Below, piece after piece: positions 36,510 to 46,146 of a stretch of DNA of 64,000 nucleotides. This DNA comes from Treponemataceae bacterium. Lineage in GTDB: Bacteria > Spirochaetota > Spirochaetia > Treponematales > Rectinemataceae. Where the stretch lies: assembly GCA_963677895.2 (NCBI GenBank), contig CAXXGJ010000038.1, positions 544,001 through 608,000 of the forward strand, given 5' to 3'. The notes below the pieces were generated by a model. It saw only the letters and a program-made list of their open reading frames with translations, made no database searches and was not told where the DNA came from. Made by a program: the position numbers and the translations under genes. Numbering within the stretch: the stretch's first letter is position 1; every line of letters begins with the position of its first letter.

Positions 36510-39077
36510 ATGAACGATGATTTCCAGCCCGAATCCCTGCAGGGGCTTTCCGATCAGGAAGTGATGGAGCGCCTTGCCCGCGACGGCTACAACGAACTGC
36601 CCTCGTCCAAGAAACGCTCGATTTTCCTCATACTATGGAGCGTGGTCAGGGAACCTATGTTCATCCTCCTCATCGCTTGCGGCGCGCTTTATCTCCTCCT
36701 CGGCGACCGCGACGAAGCCCTGATGCTCATGGGCTTTGTCGTCGTGGTGATCGGCATAACCCTCTACCAAGAAAACAAGACCGAAAAAGCCCTCGACGCC
36801 CTCCGCGACCTCTCGAGCCCGCGAGCCCTCGTCATCCGCAATGGGCAACAGATACGCATCGCGGGACGCGATGTCGTGGCCGACGACATCGTCCTCCTGG
36901 CCGAAGGCGACAGGGTGCCCGCCGATGCCGTCGTCCTTCGGTCCACCAACCTCTCTGCTGATGAATCGCTGCTGACGGGCGAATCGGTGCCCGTGCGCAA
37001 AAGCGGCTGGAACGGCGTGGAAGCCATCGGCAGGCCCGGCGGCGACGACCAGCCTTTCGTCTACTCGGGTTCCATGATAGTTCAGGGACAGGGCATAGCG
37101 CGCGTGCTCGGCACCGGCCTCAACACGGAAATCGGCAAGATCGGCAAGGCGCTCCAGACTCTCGAGGAGGGCGAAGGCCACGAAGGCGATCTCCAGCATC
37201 AGACCGCCACCATCGTCAAGACCTTCTCTCTCGTCGGCGTGAGCCTCTGCCTCCTCGTCGTCGTCATCTTCGGGCTCACGAGAGGGGACTGGCTCCGAGG
37301 CATCCTCGCGGGCATTTCCCTGGCCATGGCCACCCTGCCCGAGGAATTCCCCGTCGTCATGACTATTTTCCTGGCGCTCGGCGCCTGGCGCATATCCAAA
37401 CGCAACGTCCTCGCGCGCAAGACCCACGCGATCGAAACCCTCGGATCGGCCACCGTCCTCTGCACCGACAAGACCGGCACGCTCACCCTAAACAAAATGA
37501 CCGTCGCCCGGCTCTGCTCCCGAGGCCGCGTATGCGAAGTGTCGGGCAAGGCCGCCTCGCTGCCCGACGAGTTCCACGAAATCGTGGAATATTCCATTCT
37601 GGCGAGCCCCGCCGATCCTTTCGAACCCATGGAAAAGGCGATGAGGGAGTTGGGAGCCCGCACGCTGCACAATACGGAGCATCTGCACGAAGACTGGTCC
37701 CTCGTGCGCGAATACCCTCTGTCAGCGGAGCTTCTCGCCATGAGCAGGGTCTGGGAATCCAAGGACGGCCTAAACTACATCATCGCGGCCAAGGGAGCGC
37801 CCGAGGCGATAGCCGACCTCTGCCACATGAAGGCGGAGGAACGAAAATCTCTCGACATCGACATCGACGGAATGGCGGACGACGGCCTCAGGGTCATCGG
37901 CGTCGCCTGCGCCTCCTTCTCGAAGACGAATCTGCCTGAAATCCAGCACGATTTCGATTTCCGCTTCCTGGGTCTCCTGGGGCTTTTGGATCCGGTACGC
38001 CCTATGGTCCCGGCCGCCGTCGCCGAATGCAAGACGGCGGGCATCCGCGTCATCATGATAACAGGCGACTATTCAGGCACCGCGAAAAACATAGCCAGGA
38101 CCATAGGCCTCTCGAATCCCGACAAAGTCATAACCGGTCCCGAAATGGACGGGATGAGCGACGCCGACCTCGCCATGCGCATCGGCGAAGTGAGCATATT
38201 CGCCCGCGCCGTGCCCGAACAGAAGCTCAGGATCGTCCAGGCGCTCAAGAGCAACGGCGAGGTGGTGGCCATGACGGGCGACGGCGTCAACGATTCGCCC
38301 GCCCTCAAGGCCGCCGACATCGGCATCGCCATGGGCGGCAGGGGCACCGACGTCGCCCGGGAATCGGCCGGCCTCGTCCTTCTCGACGACGATTTCTCCT
38401 CCATCGTGGCCGCCATCAGGCTGGGAAGAAGAATTTACGACAACCTGCAGAAGGCCATGACCTTCATTTTTTCCGTCCACCTGCCCATCGCCGGGATGTC
38501 CCTCCTCCCCGTCCTTTTCGGCTGGCCTCTGGCGCTCCTCCCGGTCCATATCATGTTCCTGGAGCTCATCATCGATCCGGCCTGTTCCATCGTCTTCGAA
38601 ATGGAGGAGGAAGAGGACGACATCATGAAGCGCAGGCCGCGCAGCAAGAAGGAAAAACTCTTCGGGCCGAGGATGATATTTACCGGTCTCTGCCAGGGGC
38701 TCGTCGTGTTCGCCATCGTGGCGGGCATCTACGCCTGGGGTTTGGGACAAGGTTTCGGCGAAGGCGAGGCCCGCGCCATTTCCTTCGTCACGCTCGTCTT
38801 CGGCAACATCGGCATGATTTTCGCCAACCGCTCATGGTCGCGAAGCATCTTCCAGAGCCTGAAAGTGCCCAACAAGGCGCTGTGGTGGGTATGCCTGGCG
38901 GCCGTGACTTTCCTCGGCATCGCCATCTTCGTGCCTGCGGTCAACGAGAAGATATTCAGCTTCTCGCCGCTTCATCCCTGGGAGATAGCCTTCTGCGCGG
39001 TGACGAGCCTGGTGGCGATCCTTGCGAACGAAATAGCGAAGCTGCCCGTCTTTACGAGGCTATTCGAGAAGACATGA
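36510..39077 (+). CDS. cation-transporting P-type ATPase (type II, Ca2+-like)
   Basis: TGES, LPEEF, DKTGTLT, KGAPE, TGD, GDGVNDSPAL. Confidence 0.92.
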   Translation: MNDDFQPESLQGLSDQEVMERLARDGYNELPSSKKRSIFLILWSVVREPMFILLIACGALYLLLGDRDEALMLMGFVVVVIGITLYQENKTEKALDALRDLSSPRALVIRNGQQIRIAGRDVVADDIVLLAEGDRVPADAVVLRSTNLSADESLLTGESVPVRKSGWNGVEAIGRPGGDDQPFVYSGSMIVQGQGIARVLGTGLNTEIGKIGKALQTLEEGEGHEGDLQHQTATIVKTFSLVGVSLCLLVVVIFGLTRGDWLRGILAGISLAMATLPEEFPVVMTIFLALGAWRISKRNVLARKTHAIETLGSATVLCTDKTGTLTLNKMTVARLCSRGRVCEVSGKAASLPDEFHEIVEYSILASPADPFEPMEKAMRELGARTLHNTEHLHEDWSLVREYPLSAELLAMSRVWESKDGLNYIIAAKGAPEAIADLCHMKAEERKSLDIDIDGMADDGLRVIGVACASFSKTNLPEIQHDFDFRFLGLLGLLDPVRPMVPAAVAECKTAGIRVIMITGDYSGTAKNIARTIGLSNPDKVITGPEMDGMSDADLAMRIGEVSIFARAVPEQKLRIVQALKSNGEVVAMTGDGVNDSPALKAADIGIAMGGRGTDVARESAGLVLLDDDFSSIVAAIRLGRRIYDNLQKAMTFIFSVHLPIAGMSLLPVLFGWPLALLPVHIMFLELIIDPACSIVFEMEEEEDDIMKRRPRSKKEKLFGPRMIFTGLCQGLVVFAIVAGIYAWGLGQGFGEGEARAISFVTLVFGNIGMIFANRSWSRSIFQSLKVPNKALWWVCLAAVTFLGIAIFVPAVNEKIFSFSPLHPWEIAFCAVTSLVAILANEIAKLPVFTRLFEKT

Positions 39078-39298
39078 AAAACGCCTAAACCATGTTTCAC
39101 CGATTAAAATAATGCGCGAAAAGCATTGCGTCAAAGCGCATAAACGTTAGGCGATATCGTAATTATCGCGATCATTTTCCTCTCGGAACGCATATAAATC
39201 CACAATTCTTCTGATAGAAACAATTTCAACCTGTAACAAGAATTAACTATGTTTCACAAAATTCTGGTGTACATATTCGAATTAGCGAGCAAGCCGCC

Positions 39299-39326
39299 TT
39301 GACAACCCACTAACCTGTTATAGAAT
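39299..39326 (+). promoter_or_regulatory. sigma70-type promoter of DUF6305 cluster
   Basis: TTGACA-16-TAGAAT in 345 nt AT-rich intergenic region. Confidence 0.55.
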
Positions 39327-39422
39327 GTGGCCATCTCGATCGACTGACTGAAATCAGCCAACGCAATTAATCATCTATAAAATTCATATATAGAGAATTA
39401 TTGAGAAAAAGGAGATACACAA

Positions 39423-40025
39423 ATGCGTAAAGGAACGACTCTGCTCTTGGCGCTCGCGGCACTGTTTGTCATGACGCCGGGATTCGTCTTCGCCGCCAGT
39501 TCGGGAGATCCCATCAAGCAATACGGGCTTCCGATGCTCATCACCAACGCGGGTCAGGGACCTGGAGGAAAGATGGCGCGGCTCCTCGTGTCGCAGACCA
39601 AGATCATCGTGCTGGATCAGGATTTCTGGTACAAATCGGAGCCGGTCGAGACGGACATCAAGGAAAGGCCCTACAAGGCGCTGATGGTCATCATCGGTTC
39701 CTCCGACAAGGGCTTGGGCGCGTCGGGCATCACCATCGACCAGGAAATAGCCAGGCTCCAGAAAATGGTGAAGACGGCCAAGGACGGCAAGCTGCCGATC
39801 ATCGCCGTGCTGCTCGAGAAGGACAAGCGTTCCACCATCGCCACGAACCCCAACGAGCGCTGCATCGACACCATCTGCCCGAGCGCGGACTGGATGATCG
39901 TCATCAAGGGCGGCAACACCGACCAGCGTTTCGACAAGCTCAAGGCGAAATACAAGATTCCGCTCACCGTCATAGACAACGCCATCGACTTCACCGAGCT
40001 GTGCAAGAAAATATTCATCAAATAG
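39423..40025 (+). CDS. exported DUF6305-like protein
   Basis: Signal peptide; PMLITNAGQGPG, IIGSSDKGLGASGI..EIAR. Confidence 0.7.
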   Translation: MRKGTTLLLALAALFVMTPGFVFAASSGDPIKQYGLPMLITNAGQGPGGKMARLLVSQTKIIVLDQDFWYKSEPVETDIKERPYKALMVIIGSSDKGLGASGITIDQEIARLQKMVKTAKDGKLPIIAVLLEKDKRSTIATNPNERCIDTICPSADWMIVIKGGNTDQRFDKLKAKYKIPLTVIDNAIDFTELCKKIFIK

Positions 40026-40085
40026 AAGAAATGGGCGCGGGCGTTGCCTGAACGCCGCGCCCGTCACTAAGCGTAAGGGGTATGT

Positions 40086-41372
40086 ATGTATCTTAAAACG
40101 TCGATAGTGCTCGTCGCGATGGTCGCGAGCTTCGTCATTTCGAGTTGGAAGCTCAAGTCGCCCGAAATTTCGATGGTGATAGCGGCGGTCGTGGGCGCGG
40201 TCGCGGCGGGTCTTGGCTTTCCCGTGCGGATTCTGGTGGAAGGACTCTTCACCAACCTCGATCTCGCCATCCTCTTTGTCTGCGCCTCCCTCTTCGTCAA
40301 CATCTATTCCTACTCGGGAGCCATGAACGTCGTGACGAGAAAGCTCGTCCAGAGCATCGACAGCAAATGGCTTCTCCTCATCTGCATGGCCGTCTTCATG
40401 CTGATTCCGGGAGCCCTGACGGGCGCCGGTTCCGTATCGATCTTCGTGGTGGGCGGACTCGTGTCGACGGTCGTGCGTTACATGGGCCTTTCCGACAAGA
40501 AAACCACCGCCTTCGTGTTCATCTTCGCCATTCTCTCCGCCGCGGCTCCGCCCATCAATCTCTGGGTCATGCTGATGACGGCGCAGGCGAATATGCCCTA
40601 CGTCGGCTTTTCTAAGCTTCTTCTCCTGCCCATCATCATCGTCGGCACCTTCACCATCGTCTATCTGGGCTGGGGCGCCAAGAGGGAGAGCAAGGAAAAA
40701 ATCCTCGCCGAACTGCCGGAAGGACAAGCCAACATGGGCTGGTTCCGGATTCTCTGCCCCCTCGTCCTGCTCGTGGGGCTCATCCTCCTCTCGCTATACG
40801 CGCCATTCTCCACCCCGGTCTTCGGCCTTCCCCTCATGTTCGTCCTCGCCACCCTGGCCGCCGTCCTCTGCAATCCGAGGAAGTCAACGCCCGCGGACTA
40901 CTACGGAGTGATGAAGAAGACCATGGAGCAGGTCTTCCCCCTCCTCGCGACGGTCATAAGCGTCGGAGCCCTGGTGAATGTCATGGCGGCCACCGGCGTA
41001 AGGGGTCTCTTGAGTATCACCTTCGTGACCCTGCCGATGATCTGGATCCTGCTTACGGTGCTCTTTTTCTGTCCCATCGCGCAGGGCAGCCTGAGCTACG
41101 GAAGCGCCATCATATTCGGCACGCCTCTCATTTTTATGTTCAACGCGGCGGGCATGAACACGACGGTCGTCTGCGCGGCTCTGAGCCTCATCTTCCCCAT
41201 CGGGGACTGCCTGCCGCCGTCGAGAATCGTGGGACGCATTTCCTGCGAGACGGTGGGCTACAAAGGCAGCTACATGTCCTTCCTGAAGCAGATATTCCTG
41301 CCCGTCCTCCTTTTGGGAGCGCTGGCGCTTGTCATGCTTATCATCCCGAACAAATTCGCCTTTCTGAAATAA
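40086..41372 (+). CDS. IT-superfamily permease (TRAP large subunit / citrate transporter-like)
   Basis: About 11-12 TM; MLIPGALTG, AAPPINL, GDCLPPS. Confidence 0.75.
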   Translation: MYLKTSIVLVAMVASFVISSWKLKSPEISMVIAAVVGAVAAGLGFPVRILVEGLFTNLDLAILFVCASLFVNIYSYSGAMNVVTRKLVQSIDSKWLLLICMAVFMLIPGALTGAGSVSIFVVGGLVSTVVRYMGLSDKKTTAFVFIFAILSAAAPPINLWVMLMTAQANMPYVGFSKLLLLPIIIVGTFTIVYLGWGAKRESKEKILAELPEGQANMGWFRILCPLVLLVGLILLSLYAPFSTPVFGLPLMFVLATLAAVLCNPRKSTPADYYGVMKKTMEQVFPLLATVISVGALVNVMAATGVRGLLSITFVTLPMIWILLTVLFFCPIAQGSLSYGSAIIFGTPLIFMFNAAGMNTTVVCAALSLIFPIGDCLPPSRIVGRISCETVGYKGSYMSFLKQIFLPVLLLGALALVMLIIPNKFAFLK

Positions 41373-41382
41373 GGGGGATCGC

Positions 41383-41556
41383 ATGGTGCTTTTCGAACAG
41401 ATCATCCACGTCATCTATTTCATCATAGCCGGGATAATCGGGTTTTTCCTCCTGCGGAATTTCTTCAAGCGCGCGGCCAGGCCCGGCATCGTGTACGACA
41501 TCGTCTACGCATACTGTTTCATACCCTTCCTTCTGCGTGTGCTGGGCATAAAGTGA
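41383..41556 (+). CDS. small 2-TM membrane protein (57 aa)
   Basis: Below ORF-track cutoff; AGGGGG RBS; MVLFEQIIHVIYFIIAGIIGFFLLRNFFKRAARPGIVYDIVYAYCFIPFLLRVLGIK fills the gap between permease and deacylase. Confidence 0.7.
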   Translation: MVLFEQIIHVIYFIIAGIIGFFLLRNFFKRAARPGIVYDIVYAYCFIPFLLRVLGIK

Positions 41557-41570
41557 CAGGAGAACGAAAA

Positions 41571-42758
41571 ATGGAAACTAAAAAAGCCCCCGCGAGAGGA
41601 ACGGCGAGACTCTATCTCAAGATTTTCTTCCTCGCGGCCGCCCTCGCCCTCGCCTTCATGGGCGGCAGGGAATTCTACGAGCTGAGACATTACAAGGAAA
41701 CCGTCGTATCGGCGTCCGGGCTGACCGAAGTGAAGATGTTGAGCGACTACCTGGCGAACATCAAGGGCACCTGGATGGACACGCCCATATTCGTGTACGA
41801 CTCCGGGGTTCCCGGTGGATCCGTCCTCTACATGGCGAACGTGCACCCCTACGAGCCCGCCACCAGCCTTTCGGCCTACATCATGATGGAGAACATAAAG
41901 GTGTCCAAGGGCAAGGTCTTCGTCATCCCCCAGGGCAACCGCTCGGGCTCGACCACGGGCATGCTGGGCAACGCCTATCCGAAGTTCTTCACCGTGAAGA
42001 CGGAATTCGGCGGCAAGAAATTCCGAATAGGCGACCGCGGGACGAATCCCCTGGACCAGTGGCCCGATCCTTTCACCTACGTCAACTATCCTTCCAGGCA
42101 GAGTCTTGCCTACCAGGATATCAGGAACATGAACCGCACCTATCCCGGGCGCAAGGACGGGACGCTCACCGAGCGCGCCTCCTACGCGATCATGGAGCTC
42201 ATCAGGCGGGAAAAGATCGATCTGTCGATCGATTCGCACGAAGCCTCGCTGATGTACCCCGTGGTGGGCACCTATGTCGCCCACGAAAGGTCCTTTGACC
42301 TCGCGATGATGGCGGCCATGAACCTGAGCGCGGGCACCTTCGACATGAAGTGCGAATCCTCGCCCAAGGGGCTGCGCGGTCTCTCGCACCGCGAATGGGG
42401 CGACTACAGCGACACCCTGGCCATCCTCATGGAAACTCCCGAGCCCTTCATCGACCGCGTGGTGGGACCGATGACGGAGAAACTCTTCACCGAGGGCAAG
42501 GACGAGTTCCTGGCCACGGCGGCGAAACACGGCCTTACCTACGTGCCCTACAACCTGGAATTCGGCTCGCCGCTCTGGTACCGCTGCGGAAGGCACCTCA
42601 CGGGCACCCTCGAGGCCATCAACTGGATGAACCAGTTCCAGCCGGAGAAGGAAGTGATCGTCGAATGGCCGACCTATCAGGATCTCCAGGCGAACGATTG
42701 CGGGTATTACCTCCACGACCCCAAAACGGCCGCCAAGGAACTGGTGTTCGAGATTTGA
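41571..42758 (+). CDS. M14-type zinc deacylase/carboxypeptidase (succinylglutamate desuccinylase/aspartoacylase family)
   Basis: N-terminal anchor; NVHPYEP (HxxE), NMNRTYPG, DSHEAS. Confidence 0.8.
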   Translation: METKKAPARGTARLYLKIFFLAAALALAFMGGREFYELRHYKETVVSASGLTEVKMLSDYLANIKGTWMDTPIFVYDSGVPGGSVLYMANVHPYEPATSLSAYIMMENIKVSKGKVFVIPQGNRSGSTTGMLGNAYPKFFTVKTEFGGKKFRIGDRGTNPLDQWPDPFTYVNYPSRQSLAYQDIRNMNRTYPGRKDGTLTERASYAIMELIRREKIDLSIDSHEASLMYPVVGTYVAHERSFDLAMMAAMNLSAGTFDMKCESSPKGLRGLSHREWGDYSDTLAILMETPEPFIDRVVGPMTEKLFTEGKDEFLATAAKHGLTYVPYNLEFGSPLWYRCGRHLTGTLEAINWMNQFQPEKEVIVEWPTYQDLQANDCGYYLHDPKTAAKELVFEI

Positions 42759-42822
42759 AATCGCGCGTTTTGCGGCCTTTGGCCGCTTGAATAGAGGGGA
42801 GTTTCCCCGAAAAGGAGTGCTT

Positions 42823-44445
42823 ATGAAAAAAGGCATGAGAAGAACGATGGCTGTCCTGCTGATAGTGGCGGCTGCATTGTTCATGAACGCCCAGTCGGCC
42901 TTCGCCTGCACGATTGTCGGCGTCGGCACGGAGGCCATGGCCGATGGTTCCACCGTCGTCACCCACAACGACGACTCTTCCGGAGCGGACTTCCGCCTCT
43001 GGATCACCCCGGGCGGGAAACAAGCCCCTGGCGCCACGCGCGATCTCGTCATCGATTCGCACAACTATGGCGATTTCGGCCAGTATCCCAAGGTAAAGGA
43101 CTATGGAAACGGCACGCTCGTGGCCGAGATCCCCGAAGCCGCCCAGACTTACGCCTACTTCCATTCGCGCTATTCCTTCATCAATGAGAAGGGCGTGTCG
43201 ATGGGAGAAAGCACCTTCAACTTCGACAAGTCCACGCCCTTGGCCAAGAAAGCCTACGATCTCATCTACGGCAAGAACCTCGGACTCATCGACTGCTGGA
43301 ACGCCCAGGACATAGCCCTCGAGCGCGCGGCGACCGCCAAGGAAGCGGTGCTCGTCATGGGAGACCTCGTCGAGAAGTACGGCTGGAAAGACCCGGGCGA
43401 AACCATGGATATCGCCGACGGCACCGATGTCTGGATCGCCGAGTTCTATGGACTCGACCTCTGGGCGGCCCGCCGCATTCCGAAAAACGCCTTCTTTGTC
43501 GCCGCCAACCGCGCGCGCATCGACTCCATCGACTTCAACGATCACGAAAACTACCTGTATTCGCCGAACATCAAGAGTTTCGCGGTCGAGAACGGCCTCT
43601 GGTCCGAAGCCTCCGGCGTTCCCTTCTCCCCCGCCCGAACCTACGCACCCTTCGACGGAGCTTACAGCACCCGCCGCGAGTGGAGGGCCTTCGACCTCGT
43701 CGCTCCCTCGCTCAAGCTCGACCCGAACGCCACCAGGTTCCCCTTCTATGTCGTCCCCGAGAAGAAGCTTACCGTCCAGGACGTCCTGGAGATCAAGGCC
43801 GACTACTATCAGGGCACCGAGTATGACCTTTCCCGCGCGCCCGACGCCGGTCCCTACGGCGACCCGATCGTTCCCTACCACAAGGAACGCTCGATCAACC
43901 TGTTCAGGACCTGCTACGTGATGATAGCGAACGTGAAAGCATGGCTGCCCGACGAAGCCAAGTGCCTCGTGTGGTACGGCTACGGCGCTCCCGACACCAC
44001 CTATATCACGCCCCTGTGGCCGACCATGACGAAGCTGCCTTCCCTCTACACGACCGGCAACCGCTACGAAGAATTCCGCCGCGATTCCGGCTGGTGGACC
44101 AATTCCTATGTCCAGCAGATCGCCAGGATCAACTACCAGAGCGCGGTCCAGGACATCCACGCCTTCCGTCAGCCCAGGATGGACGCCCAGTACAAGATCG
44201 TGGACGAGATCCAGAACACCGCCGCCAACTTGATCAACCAAGGCAAGAAGGCAGAGGCCATCGATCTGCTCACTTCCTATGCCTACACCAACGCCGAAAT
44301 GTGGCACACGGACTGGCTCGCCCTCGGCGACCAGCTGCTTGGCACCTACATGTGGGGCAACAAGAAAATGAAGACCCAGATGCCCAACAAGTGGTGGAGC
44401 GAAATCATGTCCAAAGCGCCCATCAAGCCAGTGGAAAAAAAGTAA
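42823..44445 (+). CDS. exported peptidase family C69 (dipeptidase, Ntn hydrolase)
   Basis: Signal peptide ending AFA then CTIVGVG nucleophile; HNDD, INEKGVSMGEST, IALERA, ANRARI. Confidence 0.85.
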   Translation: MKKGMRRTMAVLLIVAAALFMNAQSAFACTIVGVGTEAMADGSTVVTHNDDSSGADFRLWITPGGKQAPGATRDLVIDSHNYGDFGQYPKVKDYGNGTLVAEIPEAAQTYAYFHSRYSFINEKGVSMGESTFNFDKSTPLAKKAYDLIYGKNLGLIDCWNAQDIALERAATAKEAVLVMGDLVEKYGWKDPGETMDIADGTDVWIAEFYGLDLWAARRIPKNAFFVAANRARIDSIDFNDHENYLYSPNIKSFAVENGLWSEASGVPFSPARTYAPFDGAYSTRREWRAFDLVAPSLKLDPNATRFPFYVVPEKKLTVQDVLEIKADYYQGTEYDLSRAPDAGPYGDPIVPYHKERSINLFRTCYVMIANVKAWLPDEAKCLVWYGYGAPDTTYITPLWPTMTKLPSLYTTGNRYEEFRRDSGWWTNSYVQQIARINYQSAVQDIHAFRQPRMDAQYKIVDEIQNTAANLINQGKKAEAIDLLTSYAYTNAEMWHTDWLALGDQLLGTYMWGNKKMKTQMPNKWWSEIMSKAPIKPVEKK

Positions 44446-44460
44446 GCCTGTTGTATACTT

Positions 44461-44495
44461 CCGGCACGGCACAAAGCCGTGCCGGTTTTATTTAT
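44461..44495 (+). terminator. rho-independent terminator
   Basis: CCGGCACGGC-ACAAA-GCCGTGCCGG followed by TTTTATTTATT. Confidence 0.7.
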
Positions 44496-44539
44496 TGGGA
44501 CTCCTCCCGCGGGAGGGCGGCCCGCAACGGGAGCATCGC

Positions 44540-45730
44540 GTGCAGCTTGTCATCGTTTTCGGCCTGGCGCTTTTCGCCTTGGGCTTGGCGGAAAACTTCT
44601 TCCATCGGAAAAACCTGCGCTCAATACCGATACGCATCCTCGTCAATGGAACCCGGGGCAAATCCAGCGTAACGCGACTCATCGCGGGCGCGCTGCGGGA
44701 GGCGGGGTACCGGACGATAGCCAAGACGACGGGTTCCGAAGCCCGAATCATCCTCGAAGACGGGAGCGAGACGCCGGTCAGGCGCCCCTTGGGGGCCAGG
44801 ATTACCGAACAGAAGGCCCTCGCGAGGCTGGCGGCGCTGCAAAAAGCCGATGCCCTCGTCGTAGAGTGCATGGCCGTGAGGCCCGAGTCGCAGATGCTGA
44901 TGCGAAGCCAGCTCGTCAGGCCCACCATCACCGTCATCACGAACGCGCGCGTGGATCACGTGGAGGAAATGGGGCCCACCATCGCGGACACGGAAGCCGC
45001 CCTTTCCTTCTCTATCGCCCCCGACGGCACGCTCGTCACCGCCGATCCTCGCTTTTCAGGCGCGAGCCATGCCAAGGCGGCTCGCCGCATCGTCGTCGCG
45101 AATTCGTCCGACCTTTCCGAGGAAATACTGGGACGGTTTTCCTATCCCGTCTTCCCGGAAAACCTGTCCATCGCCCTCCAGGTCGCCTCGGAGCTTGGCA
45201 TCGACAGGGAAAGGGCCATCATGGGAATGATCAAAGCCGAGCCCGATGTCGGCGTGCTTCGCCTCTTCGCCGTTAAGGCGCCGGGCTACAGCATGATTTT
45301 CATCAACGGTTTCGCCGCGAACGATATCCTTTCCACGGAAATGGTGTGGAAGGAAGCTTCCAAGCGTCTGCCCCCCGGACTGCCCCTCATTTTCCTCTAC
45401 AACAATCGCGCCGACCGCGAATATCGAATCCCGGAATTCCTGCGATTGCCCGGCAGAATAGGGAACATCAGGCTGCTCGTCGCCATGGGCGAACATAGGC
45501 AAAAAGTGGCGCGGAGCTTCGAGAATTCCGGCCTCGAGACCATGACCTGCGAAACCGGAACGGACTTCGGAGCCCTGTTCTCAGAGCTGGCGGCGCGCGT
45601 CGGCGAATCTTTCCTGCTTTTTGGCGTGGGCAACATTCACGGCATGGGCAGTGCGCTGATGACCTATTGTATGGAACACGGTCGCGCTTATGAAAAGAAT
45701 AAGGAGGGGGAATGCTTCAGGAATCGATAG
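44540..45730 (+). CDS. pgsB: poly-gamma-glutamate synthase PgsB/CapB
   Basis: VNGTRGKSSVTRL, AKTTG, ECMAVRP, TNARVDH, FINGFAAND, NNRADR, GNIHG. Confidence 0.92.
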   Translation: MQLVIVFGLALFALGLAENFFHRKNLRSIPIRILVNGTRGKSSVTRLIAGALREAGYRTIAKTTGSEARIILEDGSETPVRRPLGARITEQKALARLAALQKADALVVECMAVRPESQMLMRSQLVRPTITVITNARVDHVEEMGPTIADTEAALSFSIAPDGTLVTADPRFSGASHAKAARRIVVANSSDLSEEILGRFSYPVFPENLSIALQVASELGIDRERAIMGMIKAEPDVGVLRLFAVKAPGYSMIFINGFAANDILSTEMVWKEASKRLPPGLPLIFLYNNRADREYRIPEFLRLPGRIGNIRLLVAMGEHRQKVARSFENSGLETMTCETGTDFGALFSELAARVGESFLLFGVGNIHGMGSALMTYCMEHGRAYEKNKEGECFRNR

Positions 45731-46146
45731 GCTTGAGCGTCATTCTGGGATTTCTCTCCAGCGAATTCCTGGGCATTTCCGCCGGAGGGCTTGTCTCCCC
45801 GGGCTATCTGGCTTTCTATCTGGAGCAACCGCTGCGCCTGCTTTCCACCATGGTCCTCGCGATCCTCATATTCCTGCTTATCCGCCTTCTGCAGCGTTTC
45901 ATGATAATTTTCGGAAGGCGGCGTTTCATGGCGGCCGTACTGCTCAGCCTCGCCGGCACGTGGATCTTCGAACAGGCTTTCTTCTATGTCGACTGGCTCA
46001 GCCAGGACATCCGGATCATAGGCTATATCGTCCCGGGCCTTATCGCCAACGACATGCTCAAACAGGGCGTGGCGAAGACCATAGCCATGGTCCTCCTCGT
46101 GGCGATCGTCATCCGCCTCGTCATGATGGTGGTTGTCTTCCGATGA
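45712..46146 (+). CDS. pgsC: poly-gamma-glutamate biosynthesis protein PgsC/CapC
   Basis: GISAGGLVSPGYLA, IFGRRRF, IGYIVPGLIAN..KQG. Confidence 0.92.
   Translation: MLQESIGLSVILGFLSSEFLGISAGGLVSPGYLAFYLEQPLRLLSTMVLAILIFLLIRLLQRFMIIFGRRRFMAAVLLSLAGTWIFEQAFFYVDWLSQDIRIIGYIVPGLIANDMLKQGVAKTIAMVLLVAIVIRLVMMVVVFR

Noticed and set aside
39078..39422. ncRNA or riboswitch in the long AT-rich intergenic region
   Set aside because: Only promoter-like elements are visible; no convincing stem structure or known motif by eye
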